Source of the DNA: Calditrichales bacterium
GTDB lineage: Bacteria > Calditrichota > Calditrichia > Calditrichales > J004
Reading direction: 5' to 3'
Length of the DNA stretch: 64,000 bases
Assembly: GCA_015493745.1 (NCBI GenBank)
Contig: WGCN01000029.1
Location: 5,137 to 69,136 of the forward strand
Shown here: one piece after another, positions 38,701 to 47,946 of the stretch
Position numbering within the stretch: the stretch's first letter is position 1
How the letters are laid out: each line of letters opens with the position of its first letter
Notes under the pieces: generated by a model
What the model saw: the letters and a program-made list of their open reading frames with translations, nothing else
What the model was told of the DNA's origin: nothing
Database searches by the model: none
Made by a program: the position numbers and the translations under genes

Positions 38701-40550
38701 GCTGATTCGGGGATATCGTCGCACAGCAGCACCGCTTGTCCGCTGAGCGCGGGATGGCCCCTGAGGGCTTTTTCGCTAATGATCACCCCGGCTCCGGCGT
38801 CTTCAATCATATAGCGAATGCGCTCTTCGGGGTAGTCAGGGTCCAGGGGCACGTAGGCGGCGCCGGCCTTCAGGATGGCGTACATGGCGATGACCAGCCG
38901 CGGTGATCGTTCCAGGTAAAGACCGACAAAGTGTTCGGGGCCGACACCTCTTTCCTGCAAACGGGCCGCCAGCTCTCCGGCGGCGCGGTCAAGACCGGCA
39001 TAGGAGATATCTTCATCACCGAACCTGAGGGCGATATGATCGGGAGTCTTTTTTACCTGATCCTCAAAAAGGGATAAAAGCGGCCGGGCTGCGGGATAGG
39101 CGGTGGCGGTGTCATTCCATACCTTTAAAATACGCTCTTTTTCCGTCGCTGTGATAAGTTCGATGTCGGAGATGCCGGCCGGTCGCTTTTCGCTCAGACG
39201 GCTCAGCAAGCCGACGAAGTGGTCGGCCAGGCGCCCGCAAAAGGTGTCGGAATAGAGGTCGCTGTTGTACTCAAAGGTAATGGTTAAGCCATTGTCCGTT
39301 TCCTGGGTAAACAGGGAGAGTTCAAACTTGGCACTGGTGATTTCAATATCCAGGGGTTCGATGGAAAAGGGTCCCGGCCGGGCGGGCAGGGCGCTGCGCG
39401 GCGTATGGGTGAAAAAGGCCTGAAACAGCGGACTGTGGCTCATATCCCGTGCCGGCTGCAACTCCTGAACCAGCATCTCAAAGGGAATATCCTGATGGGC
39501 AAAGGCGGAAAGCGCCGTCTCCCGCACACGCTTAAAGAAAGTTTCGGGACTGTCGTTTTCATCAAAAGCACACCTTAACACCAGCGTGTTGACAAAAAAA
39601 CCGATCAGCGATTCGGTTTCGGCCCGGTTGCGGTTGGCCACCGGTGTTCCGATGCAGATATCCTCCTGGCGGGTGTAGCGATGTAACAGCAGGTAAAAGG
39701 CGCCAAGCAGCAGCATAAAATCGGTGAGTTGTTCCGCCGAGGCCTGATCTTTTAGCTTTTTCCAGATAGCATTGTCCAGATGACGGTAAATCTGGGCGCC
39801 GCGATTGGAGAGTTGCCGGGGGCGGGGCTTGTCGCCCGGCAATTCCAGAACCGGCGGTGACGAGGTCAGCGTTTTGCGCCAATAAGTCAACTGCTGTTGC
39901 AGCCGTTCGCCCTCCAGCCATTTTTTTTGCCAGGCGGCGAAATCGGCGTATTGAATTTTAAGCGGCGGCAGGGGGCTTTCCTTTTCCTGTCTCAGGGCGT
40001 CATAGATTACACTGAACTCACGGATCAGCACCCCCATGGACCAGCCGTCGGAAATGATATGATGCATGACCATCACCATCACATATTCTCCGGGGGCCAG
40101 GGTGATAAGGCTGATGAGTCCCAGGGGGCCCTTTTCAAGATCGAAGGAGGTTTGGGCCTTTTGACGCACCAGGCTTTCGATCTCTCCGGCGCCGGCCTCC
40201 AGACGTTCGATGCCGATGCTTGCTTTTGTGCTGACCACCTGGCGCACTTCCCCCTTAACCTCGCGGAAGGTGGTACGCAGAATTTCATGACGGCGGATAA
40301 TCTTTTTAATGGCCGCTTCAAAAATATCCGGCTTCAGATCACCCTTTATCCGGATGGCAAAAGGCAGGTTGTATACCGGGCTGCCGGGATTCAGGCGTTC
40401 CAGAAACCACATGCGCTGCTGGGCATAGGAGAGGGGGAACAGGTGAATCTGTTTTTTTGCCTTTAACTTCTGAGCCAGTAGCTTTTTCTGTTCCGGGCTA
40501 AGGTGAGCCAGTTTATCCGCGGCTTTACTCATGTTCGTCTTCGTCTCCAT
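32727..40550 (-). CDS. NRPS, modules 6-7 (C-A-T-C-A-T-E)
   Basis: HHIISDGWS x2. Codes DVWHISLVDK (Ser) and DAQDLGMVDK (Gln-like). The second carrier is GGDSIMSIQ. E motif HHLAMDGVSWRIL. An alternative start at 40532 (MSKAADK) forms an ATGAGTAA overlap with the upstream stop. Confidence 0.97.
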   Translation of the reverse strand: METKTNMSKAADKLAHLSPEQKKLLAQKLKAKKQIHLFPLSYAQQRMWFLERLNPGSPVYNLPFAIRIKGDLKPDIFEAAIKKIIRRHEILRTTFREVKGEVRQVVSTKASIGIERLEAGAGEIESLVRQKAQTSFDLEKGPLGLISLITLAPGEYVMVMVMHHIISDGWSMGVLIREFSVIYDALRQEKESPLPPLKIQYADFAAWQKKWLEGERLQQQLTYWRKTLTSSPPVLELPGDKPRPRQLSNRGAQIYRHLDNAIWKKLKDQASAEQLTDFMLLLGAFYLLLHRYTRQEDICIGTPVANRNRAETESLIGFFVNTLVLRCAFDENDSPETFFKRVRETALSAFAHQDIPFEMLVQELQPARDMSHSPLFQAFFTHTPRSALPARPGPFSIEPLDIEITSAKFELSLFTQETDNGLTITFEYNSDLYSDTFCGRLADHFVGLLSRLSEKRPAGISDIELITATEKERILKVWNDTATAYPAARPLLSLFEDQVKKTPDHIALRFGDEDISYAGLDRAAGELAARLQERGVGPEHFVGLYLERSPRLVIAMYAILKAGAAYVPLDPDYPEERIRYMIEDAGAGVIISEKALRGHPALSGQAVLLCDDIPESAPLRPVERDVDQAAYMIYTSGSTGRPKGVVISHRAIWNRLQWMQEKYGLTAEDRVLQKTPYSFDVSVWEFFWPLQCGATLVIAKPGGHKDPAYLRQLMATEKITTIHFVPSMLQAFLNSADISSCTALKRVICSGEALSRELVQQFYRASTAELHNLYGPTEAAVDVTQWLCHADDQHGSTPIGQAIANTQIYIVDSQQHLLPPGVAGELLIGGVQLARSYHRRPELTAEKFIPDPFSDRPGSRLYRTGDLARFMENGAVEFLGRIDHQVKLRGLRIELGEIENALKNMEAVADAVVLVKDFGADDQRLVAYVQLADETDEETLRQSLARNLPDYMVPGLFLFLQAIPLSPSGKVDRRALLAMDVTIESEKEYVAPEGETERELAAIFAGLLSVDKVGRNDSFFDLGGHSLLATRLISRIRDVFDIELEVRAIFETHTVQDLARRIETSADSPAAIKLPPLTATGDEHPLVLSFSQQRLWFLDQLEPGSPQYNIPVAIRASGRLNREAFGRALEEIIRRQESFRTGFRTSAGQPEVFVTDAVPLPLSEEDISALPADEQESHIRQAIFREARRSFDLARPPLFHVHIIRMAAGESVLLLNMHHIISDGWSVNILFYEIGQYYAHFDKDEKLSLPALPVQYKDYARWQRQWLRGEPLEQLSAFWRQTLAGAPALLELPADRPRPAVQSYNGAHIYFKLSPQTSAALNDFSRREGLTLFMTTLGLFKILLSKYSGQDDISVGTPVANRPLSELEPLIGFFVNTLVLRSRVDSTSRVRDYLRQVKHIAFDAFAHQNLPFEKVVDVLDAVRDPSYSPLFQVMFALQNQPRRETRSGDLNMAFIEVENKLSKFDLTLNLTESDEQIIGDVEYNTDLFDAATIEALISHYIQLTENFIRQPDSTISDLALLSDKEQDRLLREWNRTTAEFDLDAPLPALFSAQASKTPAAPAIVMGEQTLSFAEVEKRSNRLARYLLDQGLQKEDIVAVYMPRSPEALIALWAIMKAGGVYLPLDPFYPPERISYMLKDSRAAFCLMRAGMALEELAQTRAVDIDDRERFESYTDSCPPLVADTRQLAYVIYTSGSTGRPKGVMISHRAALNLMHNLRATVYAPLGPEKQRISLNAPLPFDASMQQIVMMALGHCLVIIPDEIRADGRQLLEYIRGQHIAVYDCVPSQLKLILEAGLLDGEHFKPRVLLPGGEALDASVWNTLREARDVATFNMYGPTECAVDSTICDLREAGETPVIGKPVANAAFYILDDHMQPVPPGVAGELYISGAGLARGYLKRPGLTAEKFLPDPFTDKAGARMYRTGDLVRYRRDGQVQFIGRADHQVKVRGFRIELGEIESRLKEASGVRDAVVIVREDSPGMQRLVAYLTAGEGARPSVPQLRDTLKAHLPDYMVPAVFIWLESFPLTPNKKIDIKALPLPDNTRPELETKFVAPSTENEKILADIVCGVLKIKQVGIHDNFFELGGDSIMSIQVISRAREQGLFLTPMQMFQNQTIAQLALVAQKGKETDTEEGVLSGELPLTPIQHFFFERNLTHMQHWNQSVLFQLTEKLQSTALHKTVQALIARHDALRLRFRSSGEGRQAFYDDNTAIDAVLEEIALSGDENNEIEGHCRRAQASFDLEKGPIVKVLYFRGEKDDHLAIIVHHLAMDGVSWRILLEDFQQAYALAVLDQEIILSAKTSSYRQWAAALMEFAADKAREDAPYWQAMSRKNLPQIPVDYNGGRNLEKDKADISVSLDAEQSRLLTGEAHKAYNTEINDLLLSALIRAYGKWSGQRRMLLHLEGHGREQIRESLDVSHTIGWFTALYPLLLDLGKAVDTGEQIKAIKEQFHAIPHNGLSFGVLRYLSADKTMRDALKPLDKMQIIFNYLGQFDGGEEEGPFRESGSWQGPDHDPGAERLAAVEINGQISAGILKFTFSYSRELHREETIRSWAEDFIAELRGILEHCKNPQAAVKTASDFKMAGLDNKKLDKVLGQLGKKKKGRRR
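32826..34154 (-). other. Epimerization (E) domain, module 7
   Basis: Preceded by a GGDSI-type carrier (Ser codon 34287..34289). Contains VHHLAMDGVSWRILLEDF. The next gene starts with a DCL-type C domain. Confidence 0.85.
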
Positions 40551-43500
40551 CGCTGTCGTTCAATAAGGCGTTCAATTCATCTTCGGAGAGATCATCAAGG
40601 CTGTCCAGCAGTTCATCGTCATCTTCCTGCTCGCGATCCAGCGCTTCCAGAAGCGGTTCGTCTTTATCGATGATACGCACATCGGGACCGGACAGGACAC
40701 GGGCCATTCCTTCAATGGTGGGGTTTTCAAACAGCAGACGCAGGGGCACCTCCACGGCCAGGTTATCCCGCAGCCGGGCCACAAAACGGGTGGCCAGCAG
40801 GGAGTGGCCGCCCAATTCAAAAAAGTTGTCATGGATGCCCACCTGCTCCAGATGCAGCAGATCGCGGACAATGGCGGCAATGGTTTCTTCCTGTTCGTTG
40901 CGCGGCGCCACAAATTCCGTGGAAAGCTGTTCACGATCCATCTCCGGTACCGGCAGGGCCGCGCGATCGACCTTGCCGTTGCTTGTCAGGGGCAGGCTTT
41001 TCATAAACACAAAAGAGGCCGGGATCATATATTCCGGCAGATGCTCGGCCAGCACCTTTCTCAGAGCCACACTTTTCAACTCTTCGGCCGTGGCAATATA
41101 GGCGGTTAACCGTTGCTCTCCGGTGATATCTTCCCGTACCATCACATAAGCGTCCTGTACCTCATCGATAGCAAGCAGACTGTTTTGGATTTCCCCCAAT
41201 TCGATACGGAAACCCCTCAATTTGACCTGATGATCGATACGGCCCAGAAACTCGATGGCCCCGTCGTCTCGTCGCTTTACCAGGTCGCCGCTGCGATAGA
41301 GCCGCGCTCCGGGAGGGCCATAGGGGTGGGCGATAAATTTTTCTTCCGTAAGATCGGGGCGATTGAGATAGCCGTGAGCCAGGCCCACGCCCCCGATGCA
41401 CAGCTCCCCGGGTACGCCCACGGGCAGAAGTTGCAAATGTTCGTCAAGGACATGTAGATCAAAGCCGCCGAGGGGATAGCCGATGGGCGGATCGGCCTCT
41501 TCGCGGGCATCGGTCTCATACAGGCTGGCACAAACGGTGGTTTCCGTGGGGCCATAGGCATTGACCATCTGACGTCCGGGTTGAAAACGTTTAACCAGCG
41601 CCTGGGGACATTTTTCTCCGGCGGTGATAATGGTACGCAGGCCGGGCATGGGCCGGTCATCGAAAAGTGACAGCACCGAAGGCGGCAGGGTAACGGTGCT
41701 AATGTTTCGTTCCACCAGCGCTTCCTGCAGCTTTTCCACCGAGGCCTGTGTTTCGCTGTCGATCAATATCAGGGTGGCGCCGTTGAGCAGGGCCATAAAG
41801 GTTTCCCAGGTGGCGGCGTCAAAACTAAGCGACGCAAATTGCAGTATGCGGCTCTCTTTGTCTATGTGGAAAGCCTTTTTTTGTTCGCGGGCCAGGTTCA
41901 GCAGGCCGGCATGATGCAACAGGGTTCCTTTGGGTTTACCCGTTGAACCGGAAGTGTATATAACATAAGCCGTCTGCTGCGGGTGAATCTCCGGCATTTC
42001 TTGTGATGTATCCTTCAAATCCAGCAGGGTTTCCAAGGTATATTGGCTGATATGTTCACCAAATACGGCCCGGCTGTGGGCGGCGGTTTCCGCGTTGGTT
42101 AATATGCGCGTGGTGTTGGAGTCTCCGGTCATATAACGCAGGCGTTCCGCCGGATAGGTGGGGTCAAGCGGCAGGTAGGCCGCGCCCGCCTTTAGAATGG
42201 CCAGCATGGCGATGATCATTTCCGGGCCGCGGGACATGCATATACCCACCAGGCTTCCCGGTGTCACGCCCATGTTAATCAACTTCCCGGCCACGGAATC
42301 CGACAGGGTATCCAGTTCTCCGTAAGAGACAATCCGCTCATTCATAATCAAGGCCGCATGGCCGGGATCCCCGGCGGCCACGGCTTTAAAGGCCCGGGGA
42401 ACAGCGGAAAAGGGTATGTCTTCCTGCGCTGCGGCCCGCGCGCCGGAAAGCAGCAGGGCTTGTTCCTCATCCGGCATGAAATTTAATCGGCTTACGCGAC
42501 CGGCGGGGTTGGCCGTCATGGAAGATAGCAGCATGCTCAGATGCCGGGCCATGCGTTCAATGGTGTTTTCCCGGAACAGATCGCTGTTGTATTCCAGCCG
42601 TAAACGCAGCCCTTCACGGGTTTCGCTGGCATAGAGGCTGATGTCAACCTTGGCCACCACCGAATCGGGAACGATCTCCTCAAACCGCAGCCCGGAGATT
42701 TCCGGTTCCGTTGTTTGCCGGTTCTGCAGGATAAAGGCCGCCTGGAACAAGGGAGGATGGGACAGATCGCGCTCGGGCTGCAGCAAATCCACCAACTGTT
42801 CAAACGGCAGGGATTGATGGGCATGCGCCTCCAGTACGTTCCGGCGTATGCGCATCAGGGCCTCCTTCAGGGTGGTATCGCTGTCGTATTGGCCCTTGAT
42901 CACCAGCGTGTTGACGAAAAAACCGATCAGGGCATTGGCCTCCTCCAGCAGGCGGCCCGTAACCGGCGTTCCGATGAGGATGGTGTGCTGACGGCTGTAA
43001 CGGTGCAGCAGGATTTGCCAGGCGGTCATCAGCGTCATAAACAGAGTGACCCCGTTTTCCCGGCTGAAACGGTTCAGGGCCTGCGTCAGGCCGGATTCCA
43101 GTTCAAAATCAAATTGACGGCCGTTAAAGGTTTGCACGGCGGGCCGGGGAAAATCGGTCGGTAACTCCAAAACAGGCGGCTGAAGGCCGATATGTTCTTT
43201 CCAGTAGCCGATATGCCGTTCGAGTATATCGCCGCTCAGCCATTGACGCTGCCAGTGGGCATAGTCGGCGTACTGAAAGGGCAAAGGAGGCGGTTGCGGA
43301 TTTTCCCCGCGGGAAAGAGCATCGTAGTTTTGCAACACTTCCCGGATCAGGATGCCCATGGAGAGACCGTCGCTGATGATGTGATGGATTACCCCGCAGA
43401 GCAGATAATCTTCTTCACCGAGGGCGATGATCTTCATGCGCAATAAGGGCAGTTTGCTCAGGTCAAAAACCGTGGCGGCCATTTCCGAGGTGGCTGACCG

Positions 43501-46500
43501 TATCAGATCGGTCATGCGCTGCGGCTTTGTATTCTGGTCAAATTCCAGCTCGAAACGGTATTCGGGATGAATGGTCAGATAAGGGGTACCGTCGCGGTTG
43601 GTAAAAGAAGTTCTCAATATCTCATGACGTTCCACCACCAACCGGATGCTTTGCTGCAGAATCTCCCGCTCCAGGGGGCCGTGTATGCGCAAAGCCAGAT
43701 TGATATTGTAAGCTGTGGTGCCCGGGTTAAACTGATCGATAAACCACAGGCGCTGTTGCGGCAGGGAAACCGGTAAGCGGTCATTCCGGGACACGGGTTC
43801 CAGCGGAGGAAGGGCCGGTTTATTGCCCATGGCCTGCTCCATTTCCACCAGCAGGGCCTGGCGGGCGATGGTGGTGGCCTCGAACAGGGCCGCCAGGGGG
43901 ATTTCCACGTCAAAGGCCTGGCGAAAGCGCGTCACCAGCCGCGTTGCGAGGATGGAGTGTCCTCCCAACTGAAAAAAATCGGTATGGATACTGATGTTGT
44001 CCGTTTCCAGAATGTCCTGCCAGATGGAGTGGATTGTCCGTTCGATCTCATTGGTGGGAGCGACGACGGTTTGCGGGCTGTCCGTTACGGGGCCCGGCTT
44101 CGGCAGGGCCCGGCGATCCACCTTACCGTTGGGAGTGAGCGGGAAGTCTTCCAGGGGGATGATATGCACGGGGATCATATAATCCGGCAGCCGGGAGGCC
44201 AGGGCGGAACGCATGCCTTGCGGGTCGATCTCCGCCCGGGATGCGGGTATGACATACGCCGCCAGTTGTTTGTTGCCCGCCTGGGGCTCATACACCGTGA
44301 CAACGGCCTCACGAATTTGCGGAAGCTGCGCCAGATGATGTTCAATTTCGCCCAGCTCGATGCGGAAACCGCGTATTTTCAGTTGAAAATCGATCCGTGA
44401 CAGATAGTCGATATGGCCATCGGGCAAACGGCGCACCAGATCGCCGGTGCGGTACATACGGGTACCGGGGACGGATGCGTAGGGATCGGCGATAAATTTT
44501 TCCGCCGTCAGGCCCGGTCGGCGGTGATAGCCGCGCGCCAGTTGCACGCCGGCGATGAACAATTCACCGGGTACGCCCACCGGCACGGGATTCAGCCGCT
44601 CATCCAGAACATAGATACGGGTATTGGCCACCGGCAATCCTATGGGAAGCAGGGCGTAGGGTGATTCCACGGGACAGGGGTACCAGGTGACGTCAACGGC
44701 CGCTTCCGTGGGACCGTAAAGATTGTGCAGTTCGGCGTTCAGTTTTGAGAAAAAGCGATTTTTCAGATCATAGGGAAGCGCTTCGCCGCTGCAGATTACT
44801 CTTTTCAGCGACCGGCACGTTTCCACCTGCCATGCTTCCAGAAAAACCTGCAACATGGGCGGCACAAAGTGTATGGTTGTAACCTGATGATCACGGATAG
44901 CCTCCACCAGATAGGCGGTATCCTTATGTCCGCCGGGACGGGCAATGACCAGCGTGGCGCCATACATCAGGGGCCAGAAAAACTCCCAGACGGAAACGTC
45001 AAAGGTGAAGGGGGTTTTTTGTAAAATACGATCCTCCTCGGTGAGGGGGAAGGTGTCCTGCATCCATTGCAGGCGATTGCGTATGGCCTCGTGGGAAACC
45101 AGTGTGCCCTTGGGCCGGCCGGTGGAACCGGAGGTGTAAATCATATAGGCCGCTTGTTGCGGCTCCGGATGCAGCGGCGGATTGTCGTCACGCTCTTCGG
45201 GCAGGGCCTGGCGATCCACCACCAGGATGTTTTGTCCCCTGAGCAGGGCATCATCCTTATGGTGCGCCGTGCATAGCAACAGACGGGCATTACTGTCTTC
45301 CAGCATGAAAAGGACACGATCGCGCGGGTTATCGGGGGCGATGGGCACATAGGCGGCCCCGGCTTTATGGATGGCGTAAAGGGCAAGCACCAGTTCGATG
45401 GAGCGCTCCATATACACCGCGATACGGTCATCCGGCCGTACGCCCATTTTTATCAGGTGATGGGCCAGGCGATTGACGGCACGGTTGAACTGCGAATAAC
45501 TTAACCGTTCCTCCTCAAAAACAAGCGCCGTCCGTCCGGGGGTTGCCGCGGCCTGGCGCTCAAAGCGGACGGGCAGGATTTCAGCGGCATCATAGGCCGT
45601 TTCCGTTTCGTTCCAATGGCGGATCATCTCTTTCGCCTGCGGCGGGGAGAGAAGCTGGTGATACCGTAACGGGGCCGTGCCGTTACGGGCCAGGGAAAGA
45701 ATCAGGTTCTTCATGTGTTGCAGCATGGAAGCGATGGCCTCTTCCGTAAAACGGGTGGGCTGGTAGGAGGCGTCGATGATCAGTTCGCGGTCGGCCGCTA
45801 TCAGGAGTGTCAGCGGGAAGTTGGTCTGTTCGTAAACGGCAAAATCGGTCAGAGTCAGGCTGGTTTTTTGTTTACCCATCTCCTCTTCCACCGGGTAGTT
45901 TTCAAAAACCAGAATGCTCTCAAAAAGGGGCAGGGTTCCTTCCACGCCGCTTTGTTTTTGAACATCGGCCAGGGCGCTGTATTCATAGTCGCGCAAGGCG
46001 AGCCCCTGTTGCTGGATTTCCCGCAACCAGAAATTGGTGGCTTTTTCGCCCTCCAGGTTTACGCGCATGGGCAGGGTATTGATAAACAGGCCCACCATAT
46101 TTTGCACATCGGGAATCTGAGCCGGGCGTCCCGAAACCGTGGCGCCGAAAATAACTTTTTCCTCACGGCTGTAGTGGTGCAGCAGCAGACTCCAGGCCCC
46201 CTGAACCACGGTATTGATGGTAACGTTTTCCCGCCGGGCCATCTGCCGTACCTGCTCCGCCTCCTCCACGGTAAGGCGGATACTTTTCTTGCCATAACGA
46301 TCGGCCCGGGTTACGGGATTGGGCAGCCTGTCCACATTAAAGGGCGTGGGGGCGCTGACATCGGCCAGAAGTTCCTTCCAGTACCGGGTCGCTTGTTCCT
46401 TATCCTGTTTTTGCAGCCAGACGATGTATTCTTTAAAGGGCCGGGCCGGCGGCAAGTCCACCCGGCCGCCCCGCATGGCGGATTCATAAAAGAAAAAGAG

Positions 46501-46989
46501 CTCCTTCAGCAGCACCGGGTTGGACCAGCCGTCCAGAATAATATGGTGATTGCTCCACAATACCTGCCACCGTTCTTTGTTCAGGCGGATAAGATGGATG
46601 CGCAGTAACGGCGCCTTGGACAGATTAAACCCCCGGCGCCGGTCTTCGTCCAACAGCCGTCGGAAAGCCCTGTCCTGTTCATCGGCGGACAGATCCTGCC
46701 AGTCCAGCAAGGTCAACGGCAGATCAACGGTTTTACGAACCACCTGAAGCAGTTTTTCACTTTTTTTGTAGATAAAGGCCGTGCGTAAAACGGCATGCCG
46801 CTGTATGAGGTTGCTCAGGGCCTGTTTAAAACGCTCCATATCTATCGTGCCGCGGAGCTTGAAAAACATCTGCTCGTTATAGGTCGGGCTGTCCGGTTCC
46901 AGCAGGGCATGGAACAACATGCCTTGCTGCATCGGTGACAGGGGATAGATATCTTCTATATTTTTTTTAGGGGACGTATTTTTATTCAT
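40525..46989 (-). CDS. NRPS, modules 4-5 (DCL-type C-A-T-C-A-T)
   Basis: N-terminus IEDIYPLSPMQQGMLFH. HHIILDGWS and HHIISDGLS. Codes DVWHISLVDK (Ser) and DAWTIAAVCK (Phe). Carriers GGHSILATR and GGHSLLATR. Acidic tail LDDLSEDELNALLNDSDGDEDEHE. Confidence 0.97.
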   Translation of the reverse strand: MNKNTSPKKNIEDIYPLSPMQQGMLFHALLEPDSPTYNEQMFFKLRGTIDMERFKQALSNLIQRHAVLRTAFIYKKSEKLLQVVRKTVDLPLTLLDWQDLSADEQDRAFRRLLDEDRRRGFNLSKAPLLRIHLIRLNKERWQVLWSNHHIILDGWSNPVLLKELFFFYESAMRGGRVDLPPARPFKEYIVWLQKQDKEQATRYWKELLADVSAPTPFNVDRLPNPVTRADRYGKKSIRLTVEEAEQVRQMARRENVTINTVVQGAWSLLLHHYSREEKVIFGATVSGRPAQIPDVQNMVGLFINTLPMRVNLEGEKATNFWLREIQQQGLALRDYEYSALADVQKQSGVEGTLPLFESILVFENYPVEEEMGKQKTSLTLTDFAVYEQTNFPLTLLIAADRELIIDASYQPTRFTEEAIASMLQHMKNLILSLARNGTAPLRYHQLLSPPQAKEMIRHWNETETAYDAAEILPVRFERQAAATPGRTALVFEEERLSYSQFNRAVNRLAHHLIKMGVRPDDRIAVYMERSIELVLALYAIHKAGAAYVPIAPDNPRDRVLFMLEDSNARLLLCTAHHKDDALLRGQNILVVDRQALPEERDDNPPLHPEPQQAAYMIYTSGSTGRPKGTLVSHEAIRNRLQWMQDTFPLTEEDRILQKTPFTFDVSVWEFFWPLMYGATLVIARPGGHKDTAYLVEAIRDHQVTTIHFVPPMLQVFLEAWQVETCRSLKRVICSGEALPYDLKNRFFSKLNAELHNLYGPTEAAVDVTWYPCPVESPYALLPIGLPVANTRIYVLDERLNPVPVGVPGELFIAGVQLARGYHRRPGLTAEKFIADPYASVPGTRMYRTGDLVRRLPDGHIDYLSRIDFQLKIRGFRIELGEIEHHLAQLPQIREAVVTVYEPQAGNKQLAAYVIPASRAEIDPQGMRSALASRLPDYMIPVHIIPLEDFPLTPNGKVDRRALPKPGPVTDSPQTVVAPTNEIERTIHSIWQDILETDNISIHTDFFQLGGHSILATRLVTRFRQAFDVEIPLAALFEATTIARQALLVEMEQAMGNKPALPPLEPVSRNDRLPVSLPQQRLWFIDQFNPGTTAYNINLALRIHGPLEREILQQSIRLVVERHEILRTSFTNRDGTPYLTIHPEYRFELEFDQNTKPQRMTDLIRSATSEMAATVFDLSKLPLLRMKIIALGEEDYLLCGVIHHIISDGLSMGILIREVLQNYDALSRGENPQPPPLPFQYADYAHWQRQWLSGDILERHIGYWKEHIGLQPPVLELPTDFPRPAVQTFNGRQFDFELESGLTQALNRFSRENGVTLFMTLMTAWQILLHRYSRQHTILIGTPVTGRLLEEANALIGFFVNTLVIKGQYDSDTTLKEALMRIRRNVLEAHAHQSLPFEQLVDLLQPERDLSHPPLFQAAFILQNRQTTEPEISGLRFEEIVPDSVVAKVDISLYASETREGLRLRLEYNSDLFRENTIERMARHLSMLLSSMTANPAGRVSRLNFMPDEEQALLLSGARAAAQEDIPFSAVPRAFKAVAAGDPGHAALIMNERIVSYGELDTLSDSVAGKLINMGVTPGSLVGICMSRGPEMIIAMLAILKAGAAYLPLDPTYPAERLRYMTGDSNTTRILTNAETAAHSRAVFGEHISQYTLETLLDLKDTSQEMPEIHPQQTAYVIYTSGSTGKPKGTLLHHAGLLNLAREQKKAFHIDKESRILQFASLSFDAATWETFMALLNGATLILIDSETQASVEKLQEALVERNISTVTLPPSVLSLFDDRPMPGLRTIITAGEKCPQALVKRFQPGRQMVNAYGPTETTVCASLYETDAREEADPPIGYPLGGFDLHVLDEHLQLLPVGVPGELCIGGVGLAHGYLNRPDLTEEKFIAHPYGPPGARLYRSGDLVKRRDDGAIEFLGRIDHQVKLRGFRIELGEIQNSLLAIDEVQDAYVMVREDITGEQRLTAYIATAEELKSVALRKVLAEHLPEYMIPASFVFMKSLPLTSNGKVDRAALPVPEMDREQLSTEFVAPRNEQEETIAAIVRDLLHLEQVGIHDNFFELGGHSLLATRFVARLRDNLAVEVPLRLLFENPTIEGMARVLSGPDVRIIDKDEPLLEALDREQEDDDELLDSLDDLSEDELNALLNDSDGDEDEHE

Positions 46990-46998
46990 ATAGGCTTA

Positions 46999-47946
46999 TT
47001 AATTCCAATCTTCATCGCTGTATAGTTTATCGCTTACCGGGGAGGTTAAATGACGAATCGTATCTATTTCCCCGGTGGATAGCTGGGACTGCCATATCTT
47101 TATGTTCTCCAGACTGTTGCGCCGGAGAGTGTGCATTTTACCCTCCTTAGCCGCCGTGCGGTTTTGGGCGCCCGTGAATTTTTCTATTTGTCTTATTATC
47201 GAATCATCATAGACAAGACCAATTTCCCGGTATATTTTTTTAAAACTTTCGATAGGTTTCCTGGAAAGGTCTTCATGGCGGTAAAAAAGCCAGTCCTTGT
47301 GTCCATCGCGATACCGCAGCATAACCGTGGTAAAGATATTCCACACCAGGGCCTGGGTTTCGATGCTAAAGGGAATGAACTCTTGCGGCGCCCATTTGAG
47401 TATCTCGTCTCTGAAGTCCGCCAGCACTTCCTCCATAAGCGCCTCCTGCCGGGCCAGCCAGTCAAAGTTAAAGCCCCACTTCATCCTTTTCATACTGTTG
47501 ATGTATGCCGCGGGATGGCGGAACAGAAAAAGCATGCGGATATCGAGCCGGCGGCCAAGCCAGGGGGCCATGAAGATGGCAAAGGGATCCTGAATAACGG
47601 GGCGCATATGTTTTTTAAGGCGATGGTTGAGGGTAAAGTAACGCACCAGGTGATACAAATGGTACTTGGGCGAGGATGACTGCTTCATGTATATCTTTAA
47701 TTCCTGCCCGCTCAGACTAAGCCCCAGTCCGCTGCGCATTTTAAGAAACAACTCTTCATCCACTTCGGGAAAAAACGGGAAATTGGTACCGGCCCCAAAC
47801 AGGTGGATCGGTTCCCTTAAAAAATTAAACGGTTCCAGAACGTAAAACATCTCCGGTGACAAGGCGATCATTTTCGCCGTCCAGGTTGTACCGGATCGTT
47901 GCAGGCCGCTGACCAGAAGTGGTTTTTTGGTGTAATTTTCAGACAT
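46999..47946 (-). CDS. Sulfotransferase family protein (third free-standing copy, between two NRPS genes)
   Basis: 315 aa. PAPS loop SGLQRSGTTWTAKM near the N-terminus. LFLFRHPAAYINSMKR is the 3'-phosphate motif region. 9-bp gap to the downstream NRPS start and 203-bp gap to the upstream NRPS stop. Confidence 0.8.
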   Translation of the reverse strand: MSENYTKKPLLVSGLQRSGTTWTAKMIALSPEMFYVLEPFNFLREPIHLFGAGTNFPFFPEVDEELFLKMRSGLGLSLSGQELKIYMKQSSSPKYHLYHLVRYFTLNHRLKKHMRPVIQDPFAIFMAPWLGRRLDIRMLFLFRHPAAYINSMKRMKWGFNFDWLARQEALMEEVLADFRDEILKWAPQEFIPFSIETQALVWNIFTTVMLRYRDGHKDWLFYRHEDLSRKPIESFKKIYREIGLVYDDSIIRQIEKFTGAQNRTAAKEGKMHTLRRNSLENIKIWQSQLSTGEIDTIRHLTSPVSDKLYSDEDWN

